A stretch of DNA of 43,254 nt, taken from positions 32,799,129 to 32,842,382 of the forward strand of contig NC_068993.1 of the NCBI RefSeq assembly GCF_001194135.2, in the 5' to 3' direction. The stretch is from Octopus bimaculoides (Eukaryota). Below are positions 26,584 through 39,374 of the stretch, piece by piece. The notes beneath the pieces are model-generated. The model saw nothing but the letters and a program-made list of their open reading frames with translations, did not search any database and was not told the origin of the DNA. A program made the position numbers and the translations under genes. The first letter of the stretch is position 1. Each line of letters begins with the position of its first letter.

Positions 26584-27199
26584 AAAGGAGGGTTCAAAAT
26601 CTGACAGTGAACAGCAGTTTCAACTCAGAGGGAAAATCCTAAGAGTAGAATTCTTTCTTAGAGCTAAAAGTATTTTGTACATCCAATCACACACACATTA
26701 TACTAGACGAGAAGAATCTAGTTTATATCTACAATTGTAGTACAGAAAAAAAAACCCAACAATTTAAGTTAGCTTTATTCATATATATTTCAGCCTAACA
26801 CATTTCTGATAGAGCAGACGTTCAAGCAATGTCATTCTCAATTTCGTTAATATATAGGACTATATTATCCAATGTGTTTTTGGTCCTTTGAAGACTGTAG
26901 GACGTGTTTTAGAGAGAAATTTGGTCGCTATTTCTAGTAGGTTGAGGGACTGCAAAAAGGTTTTTCATTAGTTGCTTATCAAAAAAAAGCTATTCTTACA
27001 ACTTCTATTATTGGGGGTTTTAAAGATGACTTTTGAAATATCCTGATTATGTTTGTGTGAGTGAGCTGTATTTGTGTGGATGCGTTCAAGCGTAATACAC
27101 AAGTGTATGTTCATATAATAAGCAAGCATGTATGCGTCTGTGCATAACATTTGTGTGTGTGAGAGAGAGTTCTAGCTATTATTTATAATTAGAACTAAA

Positions 27200-28089
27200 A
27201 CTTTAATTGGGTTGATTACTCGTTTAGCACGGAATTAGTAACTCATGCATGTCTAATAAGCATGTGTGTGAATGTATAAATATATATATATATGTATATA
27301 ACTGGTCGTGAGTGTATATGTGTAAATGCATGTATGAAAGGTGTTGTAAATCGTTTTAATTTTCCTCAAACAGCTGATAATGATACTTAGATATGTTATG
27401 TAATATTAAACTTATATACTGAGTGATACAGAGGTCCCTTTCAGTCAAACAGCTGATATAACCACTTCGTTTGACGACCGGCGTTATAGGTTTAAACACC
27501 AGTTAGTATTTTTGTTGCTTTTTAAAATTTAACTGTTGAAAGACAGAAAAAAACTCTTTACAAAAGTAATAAGAATGAATGACCATTGCTTTTGCGTTGT
27601 TATTACAGAAAAATTATCATCATTATTGCTCATATGCGCTTAGTTTTTCGTAGACTTTAATTTTATCACTCTTTAAATTCAACACTAAATGAACACAGGT
27701 AATATATACTTTTCTACTCTAGACACAAGGCCCGAAATTTTGTGGGGAGGGGCCAGCTGATTAGATCGACCCAGTACGCAACTGGTACTTAAATTATCGA
27801 CCCCGAAATGATGAAAGGTAAAGTCGACCTCAGTAGAATTTGACAGACGAAATACCGCTAAGCATTTCGCCTGGCGTGTTAACGTTTCTGCCAGCTAGCC
27901 GCCTTAATACAGGTAATATACAGTAATATTTAACTGCTTAAACCGGGTCGCCGGTCGCCAAACGAAACGATATGAGCAGCAGCAGTCTGTAAAAGTGAAA
28001 GTGGTCCCTTATATTCAAGGATCACCACTAATCAATGAAAAATAACTCTGAAACATAAACTTTATATATATATATGTATATATATATAC

Positions 28090-28121
<32 letters not shown>

Positions 28122-28980
28122 GAAGAGAGAGAGAGAGAAAGAGAGGTATGCCTACGCAAGTACTACCACTCCCACTACTACGAATTTGTTTCCTCATAAC
28201 GTTTAGAAAATGGATTTTTCATAATGAAATTTTCTACAAATACCTTTCAGATGGTGCAGATTACGATTGTATCGGAATCTGTTGTAAAAAAAAAAAAATT
28301 GATGGTGGGGAAGAAGAGCTTAGGATAATTTATACAAATCGACTTCGTTAAAAGTTGACTTTAAAAAACTGATATCTTTTAAAATGAAATTATACATATA
28401 AGCAATCTTTCGGTGTTAGTAAACGACGTCATTCACCCACACAACGTTCCTTCATGACAGATTAAGAGGCTAGGCTTGGGTAAGAGGATGAATGAAGTCG
28501 TCTACTAAAACCGAAAGACTGCCTATATATATATATGCGTGTATGTATAGAGAGAGAGAGAGAGAGAGATGAAAGACATACCAGCCGTGACCTCCCGCCT
28601 TTTTCCTGTGTGCACGGAACCAAGAAACACATTATCAAGTATGTCTCCTTTTTTTATTTTTTTTTTTTATTTTTGAAGCGGTAGAGTGTTATTAGGAAAC
28701 TTGGCTGCTATATTTAGCGCTCGACTGATCATGTAGAGGGCCATCTCATTGCTTTCTTATAGCAGTGTGTGTGCGTGTGTTTAAGGAAAAATATGAGAAA
28801 GATACACAAGGCATTACATACATTGAACGAAATACAATATTCTAAGGTTTACAGACGGAGGCAGAAATATATGGATTTAGTGGTTAAAATTAATAGAATG
28901 AAAATGACAGGTAAACGTAAAAAGATATGCAGGTAGATAGACTATTGGGAAGAGCGTTACATAAATACCGACACATGTGT
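27200..28980. promoter_or_regulatory. CpG-retaining island, candidate unmethylated promoter region
   Basis: Sharp local rise in CpG compared with CpG-poor flanks; resident SINE keeps its CpGs; ACGACGTCAT (CRE-like) near 28423; GG|GTAAGA donor-like site at 28480. Confidence 0.6.
27721..27905 (-). mobile_element. tRNA-derived SINE with CpGs intact
   Basis: atcgaccccg, gtcgacctc, gacgaaataccgct, tttcgcctggcgtg versus TG/CA at the same sites in copies at 7917 and 33415. Confidence 0.85.
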
Positions 28981-29152
28981 GTATGTATATATGTGTGTAT
29001 ATATTTGTATATATATGTATATACACACACATATGTATATGTATATATATATATACATATATATACAAATATATACATATATATATACACAAATATATAC
29101 AAATATATACATATATATATATATATATACAAATATATATACAAATATATAT
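28960..29152. repeat. (TA)n/(TACA)n tract followed by assembly gap 29153-29252
   Basis: Direct reading. Confidence 0.95.
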
Positions 29153-29252
29153 NNNNNNNNNNNNNNNNNNNNNNNNNNNNNNNNNNNNNNNNNNNNNNNN
29201 NNNNNNNNNNNNNNNNNNNNNNNNNNNNNNNNNNNNNNNNNNNNNNNNNNNN

Positions 29253-29770
29253 TCATCATCATCATTTAATGTCTGCTTTCCATGCTAGCATGGGTTAGAC
29301 GGTTTGACTGGAACAGGTAGGCCAGAGGGCTGCGCAAGGTTCCAGTCTGATTTGGCATGGTTTCTACGGCTGGATGCCCTTCCTAACACCAGCCACTCTG
29401 AGAGTGTAATGGCTGCTTTTTACATGCCACTGACATGGGTTCCATTTGCATGACACAGGAAACAGCCATGACTACAATTTCACTTGGCTTGACAAGTCTT
29501 CTCAAGCACAGCATATTACCAAAGGTCTCAGTCACATGTCATTGCCTCAGTGAGGCCCAGCATTCGAAGGTCATACTACTGGCAACAGCCATGATTATGA
29601 TTTCATGGGTGCCATTCACATGACACTGGCAACGGCCATTACTATGATTTCACTTGGCTTGATGAGTTTTCTCAAGCACAGCATATCGCCAAGGATCTAT
29701 GTCGCTTGTTATCACTTCTGTTACACCCAACATTCAAAGACCATGCTTCTCACCTTGTCCCAGGTCTTCC
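29253..29770 (-). mobile_element. SINE/RTE-tail repeat with duplicated internal block
   Basis: (CAT)n start; gccatgactacaatttcacttggcttga...ctcaagcacagcatat block occurs twice. Confidence 0.75.
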
Positions 29771-29812
29771 TGAGTTTACCTCTTTCACTACCAGTTCTCT
29801 CCACAATACATA

Positions 29813-29875
<63 letters not shown>

Positions 29876-29987
29876 ATACATGAAACTTTGTATCTATAAT
29901 AAATTTCTACTGTAAAATCTATGATCATAAAAAATATAATATGCAAACACATACGCAAAAAAATTTCCATTATCTATATGGTAAATA

Positions 29988-30032
<45 letters not shown>

Positions 30033-30844
30033 TAACACATTATATATATACTTACACACATTACTAATACATATATATATATATATGCAGTAGTAATGAT
30101 TTTAAATTTGGGTATTGATCAGGTAGTGTGCTGTTTAAAGCCAGTTCACTGTATTCGGCTACCTGATATCATCAACACTATGGATATAAGTGCCACTGGA
30201 TTTACTTCAGGAAGTCCTTCATATCTGTCAAATTTATAACATATGAGAGAAAGATAAAATGGAATACGTAAGATTCTTTATTAACAACTACGATCGTTTT
30301 GACCCATCATGCACCTGTCCCCTGTGAGTGAGATTCTGGACAACTACTTTGATGCATCATTCAGTGCAGATGTGCCTTATCAGGTGATTTGTCAAACGGT
30401 ACCTTGTTCTTTCATCTCCATTTTGCATTTTTCAATTAGAATACATTTCGCTATTCACCTGTAGCTGGTGGCATACAGAAGAGAGCATGAGTTAGAATCA
30501 TTGGTAAACTGAGTCTTTATAAAAATATGTGCAGTTTTCCTACACTTATATCCTTTTCTTTTTCTATTAATAAGGATAATTATGATGAGCTTAGATGCAC
30601 AGCTCATTGGAAAAGCTTTAAAGTGGGGACAGAAAGAAACCGTAAGTCAAGTAAAGAAAGACATCAATGTAAGTTAGAAGTACATACCTAGTACACAGAA
30701 TGAAACATGAAAAGACAAAAGTAAGCAGTAAAGGAGTTATATTCTTTAAATTTTCAGTGAATTTGCTTTTCTTTGATTCATAGTTAAAATAAGTCCCCTA
30801 GTTTTGTATTTGCTTGTGTAACCATTATTTCACTATATAGACAG

Positions 30845-31920
30845 GTGGTTGGTGAGAGCTGTACAAGCCATGTACAGGTGAGGGTTGGCAATGAGTACAG
30901 TGAAGAACTCAGAGTACAAGTATGGGTTCACCAAGGATTAGTCCTCACCCCCCTCTTGTTCATCATAGTCCTCCAGGCAATAACAGAGGAATTTAAAACA
31001 GGATGCCCCTGGGAGCTTCTTCTATGCTGATGACCTTGTTCTTATAGCTGAATCACTACCAGAACTAGAGAAGAAGTTTCAGGTATGGAAGCAAGGTCAA
31101 GAATCGAAGAGCTTTAGAGTAAACCTAGCAAAAACCAAAGTCTTAGTACGTAGGAAGGCATACAAATCACAAATCCTTTCCGGTAGATGTCCTTGCTCAA
31201 TCTGTAGAAAAGGCATAGGTAGAAACTCCTTAAGATGTACCTAGTGTAAGCTATGGACACATAAGAGGAAGGTTGACAGGGAAAATAGCTTTTGTGTGTG
31301 GAAGATGCACAGGTACAATTAACATCGAAAATGTACAGAAAATAGACTCCATCAACTGCCAGTGGGGTAATCTAGAGGTAGTTGATAGCTTCCAATATCT
31401 AGGTGACCAAGTTAGTAGCAGAGATGGATGTCCCAAGTGCGTAGCTATGAAAATAAAATTAGGCTGGGCAAAGTTCAGAGAGCTCCTACCTCTGCTGGCA
31501 ACAAAGGGTCTCCCCCTCTGAGTGAAAGACAGATTGTATGATGCCTGTGTGCAAACAGCTATGCTACATGGCAGTGAAACATGGGCTGTGACAGCTGAGG
31601 ACATGCGTAGGTTTGAAAGAAATGAAGCTAGTATGCTTCACTGGATGTGCAATGTCAGTGTGCATGTGTGACATAGTGTAAGTATCTTGAGAGAAACATT
31701 GGGTATAAGAGGCATCAGACGTGGTGTGCAAGAGAGACGACTGCTCTGGTATGGTCATGTAATGTGTATGGACAAGGACAGCTGTGTAAAGAAATGCTGA
31801 TATCTAACTGTGGAAGGAACCTGTGATAGAGGAAGACCAAGGAAGACATGGGACAAGGTGCTAAAGCATGATTTTCGAACTTTGGGCCTCACACAGGCAA
31901 TGACTAGTGACTGAGACCTT
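30845..31920 (+). mobile_element. 5'-truncated RTE LINE, best-preserved copy
   Basis: VHQGLVLTPLLFIIVLQAITEEFKTGCPWELL-YADD, CRKGIGRNS..C..CK.W.H, FQYLGD, WAKFRELLPLL, LLWYGHV; followed by SINE-like tail to about 32425 ending in (GAT)n. Confidence 0.92.
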
Positions 31921-32444
31921 TGGAAATATGCTGTGTTTGAGAAGACCTGTCAAGCCAAGTGAAATTGCAGTCATGGCTGATGCTGGTGTCACATAAATGG
32001 CACCTGTGTTGGTGACACGTAAAAAGCACTTTTCAAGCATTGGGCCTCATGGAGGCAAAGTGGCTGATGCCGGTGACATGTGAAAAGCACCTTTCAAGTG
32101 TTGGGCTTCACAGCGGCAATGATAAATGACCGAGACCTTTGGTATCATGTGGTGCTTGAGAAGAAGACCCATCAAGCCAAGTAAAATCACAGTTGTGGCA
32201 GATACTGGCGTCATGTAACTGGTACCCATGCTAGTGGCATGTAAAAACACCCATTACACTCTCAGAGTGGTTGGCATTAGGAAGAGCATCCAGCAATAGA
32301 AACCATGCCAAATCAGACTGGAGTTGGGTGCAGCCTTCCAGCTTGCCAGCATTGGTCAAACCGTCCAACCCATGCCAGCAGGGACAACAGACGTTAAATG
32401 ATGATGATGATGATGATGATGATATATATATACACATATGTGAA

Positions 32445-32760
32445 GGTGCATGGCTTAATGGTTAGGGTATTTAGCTCACGATCATATGGATGCAAGTTCA
32501 ATTCCCGGCAGTATATTGTGTCCTTAAGCAAGACACTTTATTTCATGTTGCTCTAGTTCACTCAGCTGGCAAAAATGAGTTGCACCTGTATTTCCAAGGG
32601 TCAGCCTTGTCACATTCTGTGTCACACTGATTCTCCCTAAGAACTACATTAAGGGTACACATGTCTGTGGATTGCTCAACCACTTGCATGTGAATTTCAT
32701 GAGCTGGTTGTTCCGTTGATCGGATCAACTGTTGTTGTAAGTGACGGAGTGCCAAAATAT
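32445..32760 (+). mobile_element. tRNA-headed SINE, third family
   Basis: A-box-like tggcttaatgg, B-box-like agttcaattccc, tgtgtccttaagcaagacact core. Confidence 0.7.
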
Positions 32761-34454
32761 GCAGGTATACACACATGTGTGTGTGTGTGTGAGTTGAGCT
32801 ATCAGAAACATTAGCACATCAGACAAAATGTTTAGCAGCTTTTTTCTGGTTTTACATTCCATGTTCAAATAAAGCTGGGGTCAACTTCATTTTGCATCCT
32901 TTCAGGTATTATAAAATAAGAACCAGTTGAGTATTGAGGTTGATGTAATCAACTATTCCTTTCCCTAAAATTGCTGGCCTTGTGACAGCCATATATGAAA
33001 CCTTGTATATCTATGTTAAATCATTGTTGCATTTTTATTTTTAAATATTTGATGGCTTTTCTTCCACTTTGTTATTTTAGTTTGCATTATTATATTGACT
33101 CACTTTTCTCTTTGTATTGGCTTTCAGTCAAATTTGGCTGCAATATTTTAGTTGCTATTGATTTCTTGCTTTACACTAGCTTCAGCACAAAGCTACGTTT
33201 ACTTATTTATTTATTTACTAAATTTGTATTAAAGAATTCATAGGACACACTGAGGAAAAAAGAATTAATTTAGTTTGTTTTACAGCAATAATTTACAGAT
33301 ACTTAATTTTAAAAGATCTGGAAATAATGACCAGAAAAGAAAAATTAACAAAAGAAAAATCAACCCTTATGAAAGTTGAAATCCAAAATGCTATAATGAT
33401 AATTATAATAATCGTTTCAAATTTTAGCACAAGGCCAGTAATTACATCAGCTCCAGTGCTCACCTGATACTTATTTTATCAACCCCAAGAGGATGAAAGG
33501 TAAAGTTGACCTCAGCAGAACTTGAACTTAAAACATAAAGACAGATAAAATGCCACTAAACGTTTTACTTGGCATGCTAACAATTCTGCCAGCTCACCAC
33601 CTTAACAACAATAACAATAATCATTGTTGTTGTCATTGCTGTTGTTATAGGCTTGCACTGTAAACCTACAGAAAAGTGCAAGAATCAAAAGAAAAATTTT
33701 TGAGATTTGAGGAGAATGGTAGTCACCAAACTTCAAGGAAAAATCTGTGATAACTAATACAGCATGTAATAGAATAATAAATTCCGTTAATATAGAAGCC
33801 ACATTGATAGAAATAGCTTAAATAAAGAAGACAGAGTTGAAATTTTAGTACTATGTAAACTATATATAAGGGTCAAAAAGACCCCCTTCAGTCATGACTG
33901 ACCATGGGATTGCACCTAAAAAAGTTCCTCTCTGAGACACAAGTCCAGGCAAAGTTGTTTATGGGAGACCAGTAGTCACCCATGCATACCACACACATGC
34001 ATATATATACAGTAGTGAGCAAAAAAAGAGAACGATTAATATCTTTTTTAAATGTCAGAAAAGCTAGTGAATATACGGTTTGAGACCTGTTAACGAAAAA
34101 AAAAAAAAAAAAAANNNNNNNNNNATTATAAAGAAATTTCTGGGGAAAATGTTTTCCAAAGTGTGGGGAGGGGACTGTCGGAAAGTTCACATGATCCATT
34201 TTTTTTTCCCCTCATAACTTTCAGGATCTAGTTTAGCGCCCAGTCACCAAAACAAAACAAAAAAAACAAAAACAGTCTAATTGGGGAAAAAAATGGGTAG
34301 AAAACAAATATGAGAAAAAAAATTTGTGCAAACAAATGGGGGTGAGGGAGAAGACTTTCGGAAAATTCACAAGATCCAATTTTTCCCTCATAACTTTCAG
34401 GAAAATAGATATCTCTTAGTGAAATTTTTCATAAACACCTTTCAAACAGCATAG

Positions 34455-34978
34455 ATTATGAAATTAAGTGGCCAGCACAAAGTCCAGACTTAAATCCAAT
34501 TGAAAACCTTTGGAAGATACTTGGAAACAAAGTAACACAAAGGGCACCAACTACTATGACAAATTTATGGGAGATATTAGAAGAGGAATGGAAGAAAGTA
34601 ACACCTGACTTATGCAGGAAACTTATTATATCCTGTGGCAATCGATGTGCAGAGGTGATCTCCAACAAAGGTCCACAAAGATCATACTAACTGTTTTAAG
34701 TTCATATTTACATTTCTTTCCATAATTATAATGGTTTTCAGTTAAATGAAGCATTTTTTGGTTTGATCGTTCTCTTATTTTGCACTTGAGACATTTGGAC
34801 GATACTAATATTAGTGTTATTAACTTTTATTAAGACCATTGTACAAACTTAGATTTTTCAGAGAATTTAGCTGATGGGTAACTGTATTTATGAAACCAAT
34901 TGCAAATTTGTACGTTTACTAGCTTTTCCGAAATTAAAAAAAATATTAACTGTTCTTTTTTTTTTGCTTGATACTGTG
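34455..34978 (+). mobile_element. Tc1-like transposon 3' fragment
   Basis: Open frame 34469-34690 WPAQSPDLNPIENLWKILG...EEEWKKV...CAEVISNKG; end ...ACTGTG followed by TA. Confidence 0.88.
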
Positions 34979-36909
34979 TATATACACAACAGACTTCTTT
35001 CAGTTTCTGTCTACCTATTCACAAGGCTTTGGTCAGTCTCAGGCTATAGTAGTAAACACTTACCAAAGGTGCCATGTGGCAGTACTGAACCCCTGAACTG
35101 ACTGTGTGGTCAGAAAGTAAGCTTCTTACTACACAGTCACACCTACGCCTATACACATAATGTAAAACAACAACCATAAAACTTACGTATATTCATAATC
35201 CCTTTTAAAAATTGTTCCAAAACTCACTTAAAAGAGACATCCCTATTGTCTTCAAAAAACTTCTAAATAATAGACCCATTACCCTCACTAAAGCACAGTA
35301 AACATAGCATATCATTTGAAAGTAGAAATTCAATTACTACTCATCTACAGTATCATGTTATACCTGATGTCTCTGTACACAGTTACTTATAAAGGATTCA
35401 TCAATAGTTTAAATGGACTTCATTAATATTTTATAGAACATTCATTTAAGACACTATGAATTCCTGTTGCATGTAAGTCACTCTTTTATAAATCAATATT
35501 TTTGTTGCTTTCATTAACAATTCATCATCATCATCGTCATCATCGTTTGTTCTTTGTTGTTTCAATTAGTCAATCAAAGGGAATCCTTGATGCTCTACCC
35601 CTAATTTTGACCCAGGTCACAAACCTGTTTGTACATTGTAATGCGTAGGCATTTTAAGGGTAAAGTAAATGAATTGAAACTAGGTTATTACATTGTCATT
35701 TTTCTTTGTACAAGGAAACTAAATATATACAGTATACACATACTATAAATATACGAATTGTATATAAATTAAAATCTGTTTTAATGTTCATATATAACTT
35801 ATTTTCCTCATGTTAAGTACTTTCTGCAATTATTACATTTCAATACGTATTCCTAGCTTCATGTGTGTCTATATAACATATACTATATAATATATTACTA
35901 GGAATGTAATAAAGAGTGTTACTACCTTTCTAACACATTTTTCTGTGAGAAAGTGTCTATATTGTTTCTTTATCCTGTCCCCTAGAATGTATATTGTTAT
36001 ATTTGTCAATAAATACATGCACTGTAACAGAAGCACCTCCACAAGACAATATCTATGAACTAGAAGCTAGCACCAATTATTTGACTCTGTCAAATAAACA
36101 AATAATAATAATAATAATAATAATGGCAGAATTGACAATAGTGACAGAGACAACAACCATTTCTACATCTTCCACAATACAGGGCTCAATACTAATAATT
36201 TGAAAGTAGCACAAATATGTCTTAAGAAACAAAAAGGAAAACTAAAACAGTACACCAAATCGCTTGTCCAATGGTTAATCTGGGAGCGTGTCCCCCAGGA
36301 GAGAGCAAACCTGGGGATGAAAAATCATCCACTAGCACAAACACTTTTCTGAATACGAACCTGGATGGTCACTTGAATGAGAATTGCCCCAACTTGAGCC
36401 CTTCAAGTCCACCACCACACCCACCACAGAAAGAAAAAAGTAAGAGGATTAAATGGACCCGAGAAGAGTATACAGAAGTAATATACACCTATTACTATGC
36501 ATTAGGCAGGCTACCTGAAGAGAAACACACTGCACACCCTTATCAAATATGGAGAACATGAAATCAAGACAGCAGACTATATTTGGATGAAAACAAGGTA
36601 GCAAATGTTAGGAGGGATATTTTCAGAAATAAAAGACTCACAGATAGTGAAATAACTGCGATCAAGCAAGCAGCGGAAAATGACCTAAACATAAGACAAA
36701 AAGGAAATGAAGAAACACTGCAACAAAAAGTCCAAGCAGAATGTCAAAGAATACAAAGATTTGAGAAGAGAAACAAATTTTACAAACAAAATAAACTGTT
36801 CACATCGAATGCGGAAACATTCAACAGAGAAATAGCGAAGGAGAAAATAACTGAAGTAGTTGCATGCTGTCAACTTAATGTGACAGTCCCCTGAAAGGAA
36901 TAATACTAT

Positions 36910-37130
36910 TGTTGGTTAGACCTAGGAAGCTGTACCACTTCCTGTCGGCCTTGACACATTTCTTGTGTCCTAATGTTTACAAGGGGGAGACAAGCACCTC
37001 CACCCAGCTAAGCCTGCATCCAGAGACATGTTTCTAAGTCTTTGCTTGTCATCAGTCTGGAGTAGCATGACCTGCTAGCAGGTGTCAAGGCCAACAGGAA
37101 GTAGTGCAGCTTCCTAGGTCTAACCAACAG
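36910..37130 (-). mobile_element. 221-bp hammerhead-containing element with about 48-bp inverted ends (Penelope-like mini-element or MITE)
   Basis: TTGTTGGTTAGACCTAGGAAGCTGTACCACTTCCTGTCGGCCTTGACAC and its reverse complement at 37082-37130; TA on both sides; inserted in the R4 LINE. Confidence 0.8.
37019..37061 (-). ncRNA. Minimal type-I hammerhead ribozyme motif
   Basis: Minus strand UCCAGA CUGAUGA C-AAG CAAAGA CUU-A GAA ACAUGU C UCUGGA: 6-bp stem I, intact core, 3-bp stem II with C-A mismatch at its base, palindromic ACAUGU stem III, GUC cleavage triplet. Confidence 0.8.
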
Positions 37131-39278
37131 TATATTATGCAAGATCCTCCAAAAACGCCCAATTGGTTAGCAAAGAATAATAAAACCAAAGAATAATGAA
37201 ACCAAGTTTCCCCCAAACTATCAACCTGTAACATGTCTATCTACCACATATAAAATTTTAACATCCATCCTCATGGAGAAAACATACAAATTCATGGAAC
37301 AGAATGATATTTTCCCCCACTGAACAAAAAGGGTGATTTCAAGTTTCCTGAAGCACAACATGTCAATGTGGAATATGAACCTTCAATTATACCACTCTAA
37401 TGGAGTACTGACCACAAAAAATATTAATATCAACTGTGGCATTTTCCAAGGTGACTCACTTTCACCTTTAATTTTCTACATAGCCCTAATACCCCTTACA
37501 AGTGAACTCAACAGAACAGGGTATGGATATAAAATTGGCAACACAAAAAAAAATAAGTCACCTATTTTATATGGATGACTTAAAACTCTATGACAAAGAC
37601 GATAATGATCTTGAAGGACTACTACGTACTGTGAAAGCATTCAGTGATGACTTCAGGATGGAATTTGGTCTTGATAAATGTGCCAAGGCCACTTTCCAGA
37701 AAGGGAAACTGAAGACCTCACATTCAGTGGTGTTGGATGGTGAAACAGTCTTAAAAGAACTTGAGCAGGAGCAAACTTACAAATACCTTGGAATAAATGA
37801 AGGCTCTGGCATTCAGCATGCAAATATGAAAGAGAAGATCAAGAAGGAGTGTTACAGGAGAGTTCGAGCAATCCTAAAATCCGTGTTAAATGCATGTAAC
37901 AAGGTGTTAGCTATAAATTCCTTAGCATTTCCTGTTGTTATTTACAGTTTCAATGTGTTGAACTGGAATGTGAGTGAAATAAGGAAGATTGGTAGGAAAA
38001 TCCATAAGCTGCTGACTTGCAATAAGAAGCACCACCCAAAGGCAGATACAGATCATCTTTACCTACCCAGAGCTCAAGGAGGTCAAGGCTTGAACCAATT
38101 TGAAATCTACAAAACTTGCAAAACATCTCGAAACATCTAATGATTGGATGCTAAAACTCATTGAAAACCATGAAAGATGTAAGAAGCTTCATTCTGTTAT
38201 GAAGGAGAGCGAAAAATTTTCAAGTGAGCATATGCATAATACCCAAATTGAACAGTGTAAGGGAAGTGCAGCAACTGTAGTTGCAAAGAAGGTGAAATCA
38301 ATAACAAAACAAAATGCGCTTGGATAATTGGCTGATAGGTGGGAACAAAAACCTCTGCATGGCAAATATGTAGCCCATAGCAAACAAGCTGATGTAGACC
38401 AGAAGCACACCCATCAGTGGCTATAGAGCTCAGGGCTAAAGGTAGAGAGTGAAGGCATTATGTTGACTGCCCAAGATCAGAGCTTATTGACCCGGAACTA
38501 TCAAGCCAATGTGATGAAAAATAGTGTAGACCCAAAGTGCTGATACTGCCATGATGGGATAGAAACAGTCAACTACATAACCTCTGGATATAAGGTTTTA
38601 GCACTTGTAGAGTACCCATCAAGACCTGACAGAGTTGACCAATATCTATATTGGATAATGTGTTAGCATTATAAAATCAAAACTGCTGACAAATAGTACA
38701 AGCACCACCCTGAAGCTGTAACTGAGGGAGAAGGTGTAGCTATTCTTTGGGACTTCCCAGTATGTACAAATAGGACCATCAAGGCAAATAAACCAGATAT
38801 TGTGAAAGACAAAAGCAATAAAGTCTGTTTATTCATTGACATGAGCATACCCTGTGACCATAATATCTCGGCAAAAGAATTTGATAAGCTCAGAAAATAT
38901 AAAGATCTGCTAATCGAAATTGAAAAGATGTGGCATCTGAAGATGGTTACAATACCAGTGATTGTAGGAACACTTGGAATGATCAAAAAAGGAACTAAAA
39001 ATTACTTAAGAATGCTCCCTGGTTTACCATCCATGCAGTAAGTGAAAAAGATTGTCTTAATTGGTACATCACATGTACTGAGAAAAGCATTGTCACTGTA
39101 AATTTTCTTTCCTTTTTCTCTGTCTTCCCCTTTTTCTCAATCACATGATTGTAAAGGAACAATCTCGTGAGCTTGTTTTAATGGCCTACCAATGTATACA
39201 GTACATTTCTCTGCCCTACGTGTCAGTAAGACACTCGGCAAGAAATAGAAACAGAATTGAAAGAAGATGCTAAAGAAA

Positions 39279-39290
39279 ATGATGATGATA

Positions 39291-39349
<59 letters not shown>

Positions 39350-39360
39350 AATAATAATAA
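39279..39360. repeat. (GAT)n(TAA)n microsatellite
   Basis: Direct reading. Confidence 0.97.
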
Positions 39361-39374
39361 TTCTTTGTTTACTT

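Larger units (their letters stand above)
36125..39278 (+). mobile_element. R4/Dong-clade LINE (RT plus C-terminal restriction-like endonuclease), decayed with internal deletions
   Basis: KWTREEY N-terminus; GIFQGDSLSPL, HLFYMDDLKLY; KC*YC..E..YI zinc knuckle remnant; WDFPV..ANKPDIV..LFIDMSIP..K..KY; starts after (TAA)n at about 36103-36123 and ends at (GAT)n(TAA)n. Confidence 0.9.

Noticed and set aside
28877-29298. Y/I-rich overlapping ORFs
   Set aside because: (TA)n/(TACA)n microsatellite plus gap
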